From Alphaproteobacteria bacterium (GTDB lineage: Bacteria > Pseudomonadota > Alphaproteobacteria > MPNO01 > UBA830), in NCBI GenBank assembly GCA_964291215.2, contig OZ219791.1, positions 96,001 through 160,000 of the forward strand: a stretch of DNA of 64,000 nt, written 5' to 3'. Position 1 is the stretch's first letter. The number at the start of each line of letters is the position of its first letter. The notes under the pieces were generated by a model. The model saw only the letters and a list, made by a program, of their open reading frames with translations, was not told the origin of the DNA and did no database searches. Made by a program: the position numbers and the translations under genes. Positions 19,452 to 30,932 of this stretch are shown here, piece after piece.

Positions 19452-21151
19452 CAAGGTGATCCCATGCTTGTTGATGTGATGTGATCGGAGTCCTGATCGC
19501 GGCGCGGGGCGCGATTGGTCGGCGTATCCGGGGCGAGCGAGAGGCCTTGGTTGCCGGGCTCGAAAGCTTGCGGTTTCTGTCGGGGAGAGAGACGCGGTCA
19601 GCCTGGTCTTGTGATTGCGTGCAGGACCTGCTTGCGCTTGTCGGCATGGTGGGAAGCTGTTGAAGGGTTTGGGCAGCTTGTTGCGGATGATGAGTGCGAG
19701 GGTGATCGCGTTGTTTGCGGGCGCGTTCGGAGCATGGAGTCGTCTTCGCGGAAGGTGGCATCGCGGACATGATGATGGCTCTCGACCCCCCGGTGTCCGC
19801 GATTCCATGCGAGCAACTGTTGCGGCGAGGCGCGTTCGGCCGAGGTCATGGCGTGTTCCGTATTTCCTGAATTCGACGCGCCGGGTGACGCGGAAGATCT
19901 GCCTGACATAGTTGATCATCTTCGCTAGCGGGGTGAAGATGGTGCGCTGGCGGCCATGCGCGGGCTTTTCGCTGTAGCGCTGGCGGTCTTCCAGTTGATG
20001 CTCTCTCGAAGGTGCGTTGCCCTTGACCATCAGTCCGCGCGACGGGTCTCGATGATCAGCCTCGCGGGTGGTGTGGAGCGCGTCGAGGGTGAGCAGACGG
20101 CCGTCGCGGCGTGGACGGCAGCGATCTCCCCGTCGTGACAGTTGAGGATCGAATGCCGGCCAGCGAGACCGTCTCGTAATGATCCTCGCCGGTGCGCTTG
20201 CCGTCGACCGCGTTGCCGACCTGCGGCTGCGCGCCGCATCCTCGATCCATCCCGGGTCGGTGTTCTGCAGCACCCGGTGCACGGTCGATTTGGAGACCGG
20301 CTTGTCCCTGTTCTTCCATGCTGCTCCAGCTCCTTCTGCGTCGTAGTGCGCCGCCGCAACCGTGCCGGTTCGCAAGCCAGCAAAATCACGCACAGCACCG
20401 AGGCGATGCGGTGCCCCTGCGCACGCCGGAAAGCGCCGCTGATAAATCGAGCGCAACTCCTGCGCCGACCAGTGGCGCCCGCAACTCCCACGCCACAGGA
20501 AGCGGCGAACGATCCCGCAGCCGACATCGCGACGCAGCGGAAACACGTAAAGATCCTTCGCCTCCCCGGTCGGTATAGCGCCCGCTGGCGCGCGCATAGC
20601 TCCTGCCAACGCACTCCCAGTTCGCCGCCTTGTACATGGTGCCGCTGAACTTCGTCGGCAAGACAAACGACTCCGCAACAAGCAACGGATGGCCGTACGC
20701 AGCCTCCCAGTCGCCGCCGCACCATCCGCGACAACGCAAACGAGGCAAGGCCCGGAAACGACCACCAGGAACAACAAACCTCGTGTTGTTCCCGGCAACC
20801 GCCTGAACTGTTCCTCGCGGCGCCAGCCAATCCAACGGGTGCGCAGCTGAGGGCGCCCGTCTGCCAGCCCGCAGCACCAATCCACCGCCCGCGCCAGGTA
20901 AACACGCAGACCTCGACCGGCAAACTGCTTGAAACCAAGATACGGTCAACAACACGGTTCCAGCGACATCAGGCCGCGCAAGGCGCACAACCACATCCCG
21001 GAGCGCAAAACCCTCCAGAGTCGTCTCAAAAAAATCCGCTGCCCCCACGACAACGGATACTATGTCGCTTCACAAAAAGCCAGCGAAAATGCGAATCATC
21101 CTGAACAAGCAAAACCGACCCTTCCAACAAACCTAGCGTGGGATCGCCGTG
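19452..21151 (-). mobile_element. ISAs1-family element with N-terminal DUF4338-like region (degenerate)
   Basis: NNTRF, YGHPLLVAESFV...GTMYKAANW (DUF4338-like); TLDALHT, VKGNA, RGHRGVE..HHVRDATFRED (ISAs1). IRs CAAGGTGATCCCATGCT / AGCGTGGGATCGCCGTG. Confidence 0.75.
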
Positions 21152-21310
21152 CTTCAAGCAGGTTCCGCCCTTGAATATCCAGCTCTCGCGCAGCGCATCG
21201 TGACTATGGATGCCCCAAAGGAGCCAGCCGAGCACATAGTCCTTTTCGACGACATGCGGGTTGAGCCCGAGCGCGCTCGCAGCGTCGATGATTTCGCGTT
21301 TGTCGATCAC
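21152..21310 (-). pseudogene. abiEii: Second AbiEii toxin, N-terminal ~53 codons only
   Basis: MIDKREI...VVEKDYVLGWLL...IFKGGTCLK, cut at the IS end. Confidence 0.82.
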
Positions 21311-22038
21311 GAGCCTGCCTCCTTCACCCAGCTTTCCGGCACCCACAGTCGCCAGCGCGAGACGAGCTTCGTGCATTCTAGCGCCGGATCGAGCCGGGCG
21401 TTGCCCTTGGTCAACCGCATGCGGCAATCCTCAGCCAGCGGGTCTCCGCGCCGTTCGGACAGAAAGCCAAGCCGCTTGAAGATGGCACCGTTGCCGAGTG
21501 CCTCGGCAGAGTCAATCAGCGCATCATTGTTGCGGTCCGGCCGCTTGAGGTAGGCGTCCAGGCAGTCGGAGACATGCTGGATTCCGCCGCCAAGACCGGG
21601 ATCGTCGAGCATGTCCACGATGGTGCGGTGAATGTCGGAGACCTGGATTTTTGAGCGCCCGCGCCAGACCGTACGGGTGCCGAAGATTCGAGATTCCGGA
21701 ATGTGATAGAGCGTAAACTGAGCGCCGTGGCGGACCTGGTGCTTTTCGCGCACCGTCTGCGCTGTCATCACAACGATATCGCGGAAAAGCTGTTCGGTAA
21801 GGTCCCAGTGCTCGGCGGCGGTCCGTCCACCGATATAGCCCGGCGCATAGAGAGCCGGGACGAGGATCCACGGGTCGTCGAGAACATGTTCGCTTTCAAG
21901 CGAGTCCAGCGCAGCCGGGACATAGCGGCCCCGCCCCACCCGCCGCAACCAGCCCTGCGTCGTCCAGCGGGAGAGCAGCTTCGAGGCGTCGGCACGATCA
22001 AGCGATAGAGTCCGCACAACATCGTCGATGCGGATCAC
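21307..22038 (-). CDS. abiEi: Second AbiEi-family antitoxin/regulator
   Basis: GWLRRVGRGRY, YIGGRTAAEHWDLTEQ, RTIVDMLDDP..GGG. The true start may lie slightly upstream. Confidence 0.82.
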   Translation of the reverse strand: MIRIDDVVRTLSLDRADASKLLSRWTTQGWLRRVGRGRYVPAALDSLESEHVLDDPWILVPALYAPGYIGGRTAAEHWDLTEQLFRDIVVMTAQTVREKHQVRHGAQFTLYHIPESRIFGTRTVWRGRSKIQVSDIHRTIVDMLDDPGLGGGIQHVSDCLDAYLKRPDRNNDALIDSAEALGNGAIFKRLGFLSERRGDPLAEDCRMRLTKGNARLDPALECTKLVSRWRLWVPESWVKEAGS

Positions 22039-22121
22039 ATCGCCGGCGGCCTGTATGACCGAAACGAGCCTGTGCCGGCCGCGCGGTATGGATGGTTGGT
22101 CTACGATCTTATATACTCTAA

Positions 22122-22239
22122 TGTTATTTTATCACATTTTATGTGAAAATAAGACATTTGAGTGTATATGCGATCAGGTGGCGAGTTAAGCAAGATCAGT
22201 ATACCATACAAGCGAAAATTCACGATTTTCGTGAATTTT
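22122..22239. promoter_or_regulatory. Two AT-rich palindromes in a divergent intergenic region
   Basis: Imperfect TTATTTTATCACAT-TTT-ATGTGAAAATAA (~22124-22152). Perfect AAAATTCACGA-TTT-TCGTGAATTTT (22215-22239). Confidence 0.6.
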
Positions 22240-22343
22240 TCTCATCGCAATGTTGATCCGCCTGCCGGCAGCCGGGAGGCAACGCTGTGGACAGGGACTG
22301 AAATCTGTTTGGGGGAACAAAATAGGTCCGATATCCTGACAAC

Positions 22344-23773
22344 ATGGAAAAAATCGGGGGCTCAATCCGGCTCAGCGCCGACGATCTCGTCGGCTACCTG
22401 AACTGCCATCACCTTTCCGGGCTGGACCGCGCTGTCGCCGAAGGCAAGCGCGCGAAGCCGAAGGTCTGGGACCCGCTGCTCGAGATTCTCTGGGAACGGG
22501 GATCGATTCACGAGCAGAACTATGTCGATCATCTGAAAGGCAGCGGGCTCGGCGTTATCAGGATCGACGGCGTCGATGTCACGGCTGCCGCTGTCGCCGA
22601 GACCCTTGCCGCGATGAAGGACGGCACCGAGGTGATCGTCCAGGATGCGCTCGCGCATGACGGCTGGGCCGGCCGCGCCGATATTCTGCGCCGCATCGAA
22701 ACGCCCAGCGCCCTGGGTGCATGGTCTTACGAAGCGATCGATACCAAGCTCGCCCGCGAGACCAAGGCGGGCACGGTGCTCCAGCTCTGCCTGTATTCCG
22801 ACCTGCTGCACGAGGCACAGGGCGCGCCGCCGGAATGGATGTACGTGATTGCGCCGTGGTCGGATTTCGAGCCGCAATGCTACCGCTTCGCTGACTGTGG
22901 CGCTTACTTCCGCCAGGTCAAAAACGGGTTGTTGCGCAGCCTGGCCGGACAGAGCGCGCCAGAAACCTATCCCGATCCGGTCGTGCACTGCGATATCTGC
23001 CGGTGGCGCGAGGATTGCGACCAGCGCCGGCGCGATGACGATCATCTGTGCCTCGTCGCCGACATCTCCAAACTCCAGATAAATGAACTGAAGGCACACG
23101 GGATCGCCACAACGCAGGATCTTGCGCAGATGGAACTGCCGCTCGCCTGGAAGCCGGAGCGCGGCTCGGCCGAAGCGATAACCCGCATTCGCGAACAGGC
23201 GCGGATTCAGTGGGAGGCCCGGCAGGCCGGCGAGCGCAAATGCGAGGTTCTGCCGCCCGAACACGGCTTCGGTCTGACGCGCCTGCCGGATCCGTCAAAA
23301 GGCGACATATTTCTCGACCTCGAAGGCGACCCGTTCGTCGGCGAGCACGGCCTCAAATATCTGTTCGGCTATCTCTACGAAGGCGAAGACGGACAATGCG
23401 TTTACGAGGGCGACTGGGCCTTTACCCGCGCTGAGGAAAAACAGGCCTTCGAACGGTTCGTCGATTTCGTGATGGCGCGGTGGGAGGCCTGTCCCGACCT
23501 TCACATCTACCATTACGTGCCCTACGAACCGGCCGCGCTCAAGCGCCTGATGGGCCGGTATGCCAGCCGGGAAGAAGAGATCGACCGGATGCTGCGGGCA
23601 GGGCTGTTCGTCGATCTTTATCAGGTCGTGCGGCACGCGGTGCGCACGAGCGTGGAAAGCTATTCGATCAAGCAGCTCGAACCGTTTTTCGGCTTCGAAC
23701 GCGATACCGCCCTCCCCGACACCAATGCGGCGCTCGCCAACCTGCAGGCCAATCTCGAACTCGATGACGCGAC
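22344..23773 (+). pseudogene. TM0106-family RecB-like nuclease, 3' truncated by IS630
   Basis: LSADDLVGYLNCHH, GRADIL..YEAIDTKLA...LQLCLY, CDICRWREDC, FLDLEGDP, HIYHY. The expected C-terminal part is replaced by IS sequence. Confidence 0.85.
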
Positions 23774-24118
23774 CTCGATCACTTCCGCCACCTTCTCGTC
23801 CGCGATGCTCCGCGGGCGTCCCGGCCGGGGCTCAGCCCCTCGATGCGGTCCTTGACAAAGCGCTTGCGCCACTTGCCGACGGTGTGCACGCCGATCTCTG
23901 CGGCCACCGCCTTGTTGCCAAGCCCGTCCGCGCAACGCAGGATTATGCGGCTCCGACAGCGAGCGCGCCACACGGTGGCGGCGAACCTGCGCCTCCAGAT
24001 ACGACCGATTACTCAAGACCAGCACCGCCAAGGGCCGTCCCGTGGCATCGCCATGACCTCCGTGTTCACACTCCGACCGCCATCATACAATTATACTTAC
24101 TTCAGTTCCAGATGATTA
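23774..24118 (-). mobile_element. IS630 type 1 left-end fragment
   Basis: Reverse complement of ~15706-16042. Confidence 0.85.
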
Positions 24119-24134
24119 GCATGGGATCGTCGTG

Positions 24135-25057
24135 CGGCACTCACGGTCCCATGACCGTCGAGCAGGCCCGGACCAAGGCGCGGGGTATCATCGCCGATGC
24201 GAAAGCTGGGCAAGACCCGTCCGCGGAGCACTCCCAGATGCGGAAGTCTCCGAAGATGAAGGAGCTCGGCCAGCGCTTCCTCGATGAGTACGTACCGACC
24301 CACTGTCGCCCTACGACCGAGAGAGAGTATCGGCGCTCGGTCGAGCTCTTCATCAACCCTGAGATCGGTACGCGGAAGGTCATCGATATCGAGCGTACCG
24401 ACATCGCCAAGCTGCACCATGGGTTGCGCGACAAGTCGTACCAAGCCAACCGCACGCTTGGCGTCCTTTCCAAGATGTTCAGTCTGGGGGAGATCTGGGG
24501 CCTTCGCCCAGACGGGTCGAACACCTGCCGACATGTGAAGAAATACAAAGAGGAAAAGCGCGAGCGATTTCTTTCCGACGAAGAGTATAAGCGGCTCGGT
24601 GAGGCGCTGTGCAAAGCCGAGGCTGAAAAGACAGAAACCCAATCAGCGATTGATGCAATCTGGCTGCTCATGCTCACAGGCTGCCGACTGAACGAGATTA
24701 TGACCTTGAAGTGGGCGTATGTTGATCTCGAAGCTAAAGAGCTACGTCTGCGCGACTCGAAAACGGGTGCCAAGACCGTTCATCTCGGCACGGCGGCAAT
24801 CGATCGGCTCAAGGTGATCAAGAGGTTTGAAGACAACGAATTCGTCATTATCGGGAAGAAAACCGGTGGACATTTGACGGACCTACAGCATCCGTGGTGG
24901 CGTATTCGGAAAACGGCCGGGCTTGACGATGTACGGCTCCACGACATTCGTCACTCCTTCGCCAGCCGTGGTCTCATCGTTGGCGAAGGCCTTCCAATGA
25001 TCGAAAAGCTGCTGGGACACTCGCAAGTACAAACGACAGCCCGCTATGCCATCTAGC
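24135..25057 (+). pseudogene. Second tyrosine integrase (paralog of 1501-2655), N-truncated with a terminal frameshift
   Basis: HGPMTVEQAR...ANRTLGVLS...LTGCRLNE...HDIRHSF...LLGH..ARY. The codon after Tyr lacks one base relative to int1. Preceded by a solo IS end at 24118-24134. Confidence 0.85.
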
Positions 25058-25123
25058 CAACGACCCGATCAAATCGGCGGCTGACCGGGTCGCTCAAACA
25101 ATCTCCGCATCATCCGCGGGTTC

Positions 25124-25516
25124 CTAGTGATCCAAGGGCCAGGCGTATCGATCGATCCTGACCTTCCGATCTGTGGTCAGGGTGATCTCCATCACGTCGT
25201 TGACGGGCTCGTCACCGGCCAACTGATCCAAGGCGAGCTCGAACAATACCCTTTGGACCTGCAGGCTCATGAGGCCAGGTGCGACATTCAGGCAGACAAG
25301 CCCGGCATGGATGTCCTCGCGGCCAACGAGAGATGTAAAGTCCGTCGTATTGTTGGTGACGAGCACATAGCCGTCTTCGACGGCGCGTCGAACGATGGTC
25401 CAATCCTTCTTCAATCGGAGACCGCGCCACGTGACGTGCGTCGACAAGGAGAAACCCCGATTCCGTGCGATTGCGACAAGATCAGGGCTCAGGCACTCGT
25501 CGATCAGAAACTTCAC
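25124..25516 (-). CDS. DUF5615 PIN-like toxin
   Basis: MKFLIDECLS...DWTIVRRAV...LVTNNTTDF. Confidence 0.82.
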   Translation of the reverse strand: MKFLIDECLSPDLVAIARNRGFSLSTHVTWRGLRLKKDWTIVRRAVEDGYVLVTNNTTDFTSLVGREDIHAGLVCLNVAPGLMSLQVQRVLFELALDQLAGDEPVNDVMEITLTTDRKVRIDRYAWPLDH

Positions 25517-26136
25517 GAGGCCTGCAGCAACTTGTCGAGCTCAACCTTTTTTGAGGCGCGCTGCTTGGTTTTCCGCCACTCCGGCTGCTGGCGTGGACGA
25601 CCGCGACGAGGGTACACCTCGGCGTAGATTGCGGCGGCAGTCACCTGCCCTTCGGTCAGCGTCGGGTAGGCCGCAAGAATCGCAGCAACTTGGTCCCCAT
25701 TGGCCAGCATTTCGGCAATGTCGTGAACTGCAATCCGCGTGCCCTTGAAGCACGGCACGCCGCCCAGAATGTCCTTGTCGCTCACGATCATTTTTCTGGC
25801 CTTCTCCAGCGATGTAATGCCTCGCTTCACATCATTCTTCATAGGGCGCACGTCGACGGAAACTGCGTCCTCTCGGACCGTCTTCGCCTCAGGATCGTCG
25901 AGGACATGGCGTACAAGCCGCCGCCGGCCTTCCAAGGTCAAGATCTCGGTCGTTTCATAGGCAAGCTTCAGGCCGACCAGCGCGTGTTTCAAAATCACGC
26001 GCGCGCCTTTGCGGCTCTTCACGGAGTTGCCCAACAGCCCTGCATCGATGATCCGATGCACCTGCTTCAACGGCACTCCTGTCACACAAGCTGCTTCATT
26101 GACCGACAGTGCTAGTTCTTCGGGCCTCATCGCCAT
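25513..26136 (-). CDS. HTH + DUF433 antitoxin-like protein
   Basis: LSVNEAA N-terminus; ILGGVPCFKGTRIAV...ILAAYPTLT. Overlaps the PIN start. Confidence 0.82.
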   Translation of the reverse strand: MAMRPEELALSVNEAACVTGVPLKQVHRIIDAGLLGNSVKSRKGARVILKHALVGLKLAYETTEILTLEGRRRLVRHVLDDPEAKTVREDAVSVDVRPMKNDVKRGITSLEKARKMIVSDKDILGGVPCFKGTRIAVHDIAEMLANGDQVAAILAAYPTLTEGQVTAAAIYAEVYPRRGRPRQQPEWRKTKQRASKKVELDKLLQAS

Positions 26137-26238
26137 AACCCTTCCTCTGATCTGGAAAGAATATAGGCGATTCCGATGAGGAATTCCAGTGCGAAAGGTT
26201 CGGCGCCGGCCCTCCATTCGATGGTTAAGATTCGTTAA

Positions 26239-26547
26239 TCACCCCTCCCGCCGGTTCCAAACGAGGAAAGCCGCGCCGTCTCCCTCGAACAGCGCCGCCC
26301 GGATCGGTTCTGGAAAGCTGGGATCGTCGAGCTGGACGCTCAGATAGTCGCGCGGTTCCTCGCCGTTGGACTTGGCCTTCCACGCGGCGCCGAGCTCGGC
26401 CCGGCCGGCATAGACGCGGAAGTCCGGTGCGCCCTCACTCTTCTTCTGGTCGTTGGCGACGATCCTCGCCTTGACGTTGACCGTCAGAGTCCGGATCGTT
26501 CCGACATAGCCGTCCTTGCCGGCCGTGAAGCTTCCAATGGTAGCCAT
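26239..26547 (-). CDS. DUF736 family protein
   Basis: MATIGSFT...GTIRTLT...APDFRVYAG..ELGAAW...LDDPSF. Confidence 0.9.
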   Translation of the reverse strand: MATIGSFTAGKDGYVGTIRTLTVNVKARIVANDQKKSEGAPDFRVYAGRAELGAAWKAKSNGEEPRDYLSVQLDDPSFPEPIRAALFEGDGAAFLVWNRREG

Positions 26548-27814
26548 CGTTCAGGTTTCCGTGCGTTGAGGTTAATCGAAGAAAAGAGTGCTTTGATGTA
26601 ACTGCTCACCCCCTGGTTTCGGCTTGATGTCGGGGTAGAGCAACGAACGGGTTTTCGTGGAGATTTGACACTGCAGGCCGATTCGTTTAGTGGTGGTAAT
26701 CGAGAACGACGGAGACCGCCAGTGGGCTACTTTGGATCGAAGGCGACGAGCGGGCTGTGCCAGCTGCTTCCGGGGCTCCAGCCCCCGCATGATCTGTATG
26801 TGGAAACGCATCTCGGAGGCGGCGCGCTGATGAAGCGCAAGGCCGGGTGATGGCGACGGGCGGCGCGCGAGGAGTTCGAAGCGGCCAAGGCGCTGCCGGC
26901 AAGGTGGCGGAAGAGGCCGTGATCCGCGTCCTCGTCATCCTGCTCGACATCATCATCGTCGTCCTTCTGGAGAAGACCACGCACGAGCCGGAACTCCGGT
27001 CTGCCGCCGTCACAGACGGACAAGAGCGTGCCGGGAGCAACGGCCCGAAGCCGAACCGGCAGATGGGCGACAACCTGCCATCGTCGAGGAGACGGTCGCG
27101 GCCTGCGACGCCTGCGGCGCCGACGGCCCCGTCGATCGGGAGCGCCGCACGACATCGTGTTCGAGGTCGTCGAGCGCCGAGATCAAGGAATGCCCGAAGT
27201 GCAAGGCCCGGGGCCGGTTCCCCGACAACATCCCGTGCAGTACGGCATCGGCATCCAGGCCCTCGTTATCAACCTGCTGGTCGCCCAGATGCTGTCCCTG
27301 CGCCGTGCCGTCGCGCTCGTGCAGGCGATATCAAGCTCTCCGAGGCCTCGGCTATGCTTTCACGATGCGTCATGGGAGGAGGCCGCCGTGGCGCACCTCC
27401 TGCAACGCCCGATGTCGACGATTTCGGATCAACAGCAAGTGGCTTCATGTCGTGGGACCCTGACGTGCAAGTTCCCGCACCGCAAGCGCGGGCAAGAGAT
27501 CGGCCCGTGCTACAAGGGCGTCCTGGGCCTCGTACATGGGCCAGTGTAGCCACCAGCGGCAGCCACCTGCTGCGCAAACTGACCTTTGTCGTCGAGGCTA
27601 CCGCGCGACTGATGAAGAGCCTGCTCCCTGCCACAAGGTCAACAAGAGCGCATCCAAAACCCTGAACGACGCCGGGCGCAAGCGCTACCGCACCATCAGG
27701 GCGCCAGGGAACTGCCCGACATCCCGCCGCCGCCGAAAGGAAAACGCATAGCAAACGCGCACAACCTGCACGAACGTCTCGTGAAACACGAAAACCTGCG
27801 CTTCATAGACAACC

Positions 27815-29437
27815 ATCGCGGTAGGGAACCGGGTTACCCCCCGCACAGAACCGGACGTGCGCTGTTCGCTCCTCCCCTGACGACAAGGCGCTGGTTTGGC
27901 CACGGGTGGCGGATGCTGGCTCAGTGGGCAGCGGCGAGGGTGTCTATGTCCCCGGTGAAGTCCTTTTGGGAGCGTCGCCGAAGGGCACGCAGCTGTTTGC
28001 ATTGGTGTATGAACTTCTGCAGGCTGCTTCCTGGAACGGCGTAGTAGCAGCCGTTGATAACTCACCACTTGGCCGTTTCGTGCCGGTTATCGTGCCACCG
28101 CCTGCGCAAGGCCTCCTTGATCCGCCGCAGGGTGCCCGTTTGCGACCGACCCTGAACCTGCCTTTCCTCGTCTGTTCGCAGAAGTGCGTCATGCCGAGGA
28201 AGTCGAACGTCTTGTCCACGCTTCCGGTGGTTCGCTCTGGCAAACCGACCGAACTCGATGATTTTCCGGGTGCAGTTCAAGTGGGCCAGTCTCTCCCCAA
28301 GGTCTCGGAGAAAGCGCCGCGCGTCGCTCAGATGCTGAAAGCCGCACACGAAGTCGTCCGCATAGCGGACAATGATCGTGTCGCCTCCAGCCATCCGCTT
28401 GCGCCAATGGTTCTGGAACCAGTCGCACGTAGTGCAGGTAGACGTTCGCAAGGCATGGCGCCGCCCCTTGCGGTGTTCCCTTGCCAGTCGGTCCCTTCCA
28501 TGACGCCGGCGTCACTTGATGATCAGACCCCCCGATCCGTTTCCCGAGCATCGCGACTAGATGGTCGCGGTCGAGATTGTCGAAGAACCCACGGATGTCG
28601 GCGTCAACGATCCAGTTGACCTTCCGCCGTTCCACCGTGACGGCATCGAGCGCATGATGCGTCCCGCGCCCCGGCCGGAAGCCGTAACTAAACCCGAGGA
28701 ACTCCGTCTCGCGGCACCAGAATCACACCGCCCGCTGAAGAATCTTGTCCGAGGCAAGCGGTCGTTGCCCTCCATCCTCCTTGGGTATGTAAACCCGCCG
28801 AGATGGAGGCGCCCGGTACGCACCCCTGTGCACACGGGCGTGCAGCAGTTCCACACCCTCCGCGTACGCTTGCCACACAACGCCCCGCCGCCGCGTCCTT
28901 CCTCAAGGAGTGGAACGCATCGTGCAGAACATCGACCGTCACGTGGTGGAGTAAAGACGCTCTTCCGGGTTCCTCTTCGCTACCTGCGTTCAGCCGCCTG
29001 TGACCCCCGCTTCTGCGCGCGGCGCGGGCCAACCGCATTGCCCTTGGCCTTCCCTCCAACAGCTCCGCAGGCTCCGAAGAACCCTTGTTCGCCGCCTTCA
29101 GCGGTACTATGGCCGAATCTGACTTCTCGTTCATCATCGGTTTACGGATTAGTTCCTTTCCTCTGCGGCCCCTCCACGACAGAGGGGCAAGACCTCCCAG
29201 GTCCCTGCTTCGGCGCGTGCCATGGTTCTCGGACCCCGCGGAGCCCCCCTCACCAACGCGGCTCGTTGCCTTCGGCCACGACCTCGGCACTCCGGTTTCA
29301 AAGCATCTCGTGGCTCAATAGCCTGGCCTGCCGCTCCCCAACGCTTCGCCTCACGACGCATGGTTCACGGAGAAAGTGGTGGTTAGCCTCTCTCGGGACT
29401 TGCACCCGGCCACATTCCACCAGTTTGCCTGGCGCAC
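27815..29437 (-). mobile_element. Group II intron R1 with degenerate RT ORF and no En domain
   Basis: 5' GTGCG, 3' ...CCTACCGCGAT. RT remnants VDADIRGFFDNL, GTPQG, RYADDF, FDFLG. Confidence 0.9.
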
Positions 29438-30932
29438 ATCGCGGTAGGGAACCGGGTTACCCCGGTCCCCCCCGCACAGAACCGGACGTGCGCTGTTCGC
29501 TCCTCCCCTGACGACAAGGCGCTGGTTTGGCCACGGATGCTGGCTCAGTGGGCAGCGGTGAGGGTGCCTACGTCCCCGGTGAAGTCCTTTTGGGAGCGTC
29601 GCCGAAGGGCACGCAGCTGTTTGCATTGGTGTATGAACTTCTGCAGGCTGCTTCCTGGAACGGCGTAGTAGCAGCCGTTGATAACTCACCACTTGGCCGT
29701 TTCGTGCCGGTTATCGTGCCACCGCCTGCGCAAGGCCTCCTTGATCCGCCGCAGGGTGCCCGTTTGCGAGATGGTTTGCGACCGACCCTGAACCTGCCTT
29801 TCCTCGTCTGTTCGCAGAAGTGCGCCATGCCGAGGAAGTCGAACGTCTCCGGTTTGCCCTGCTTCCGGCGGTTTGCTCTGGCAAACCGACCGAACTCGAT
29901 GATTTTCCGGGTGCAGTTCAAGTGGGCCAGTCTCTCCCCAAGGTCTCGGAGAAAGCGCCGCGCGTCGCCCAGATGCTGAAAGCCGCACACGAAGTCATCC
30001 GCATAATGATCGTGTCGCCTCCAGCCATCCGCTTGCGCCAGTGGTTCTGGAACCAGTCGCACGTAGTGCAGGTAGACGTTCGCAAGGCATGGCGCCGCCC
30101 CTTGCGGTGTTCCCTTGCCAGTCGGTCCCTTCCATGACGCCGGCGTCACTTGATGATCAGACCCCCCGATCCGTTTCCCGAGCATCGCGACCAGATGGTC
30201 GCGGTCGAGATTGTCGAAGGGGCGTCAACGATCCAGTTGACCTTCCGCCGTTCCACCGTGACGGCATCGAGCGCATGATGCGCCCCGGCCGGAAGCCGTA
30301 ACTAAACCCGAGGAACTCCGTCTCGCGGCACCAGAATCACACCGCCCGCTGAAGAATCTTGTCCGAGGCAAGCGGTCGTTGCCCTCCATCCTCCTTGGGT
30401 ATGTAAACCCCGGAGGCGCCCGCCCCTGTGCACACGGGCGTGCAGGCAGTTCCACACCCTCCGCATACGCTTGCCACACAACGCCCCGCCGCCGCGTCCT
30501 TCCTCAAGGAATGGAACGCATCGTGCAGAGCGTCGACCGTCACGTGGTGGAGTAAAGACGCTCTTCCGGGTTCCTCTTCGCTACCTGCGTTCAGCCGCCT
30601 GTGACCCCCGCTTCTGCGCGCGGCGCGGGCCAACCGCATTGCCCTTGGCCTTCCCTCCAACAGCTCCGCAGGCTCCGAAGAACCCTTGTTCGCCGCCTTC
30701 AACGGTACTATGGCCGAATCTGACTTCTCGTTCATCATCGGTTTACGGATTAGTTCCTTTCCTCTGCGGCCCCTCCACGACAGAGGGGCAATTGGAAGAC
30801 CTCCCAGGTCCCTGCTTCGGCCATGGTTCTCGGACCCCGCGGAGCCCCCGTTCGCCTCACCAACGCGGCTCGTTGCCTTCGGCCACGACCTCGGCACTCC
30901 GGTTTCAAAGCATCTCGTGGCTCAATAGCCTG

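Noticed and set aside
19452-21151. Druantia defence system
   Set aside because: The DUF4338-like region lies within IS ends, and no DruE helicase or other dru genes are present.
23560-25056. 498-aa ORF suggesting an integrase with a novel N-terminal domain
   Set aside because: Chimeric read-through of off-frame TM0106, antisense IS630 and a truncated integrase.
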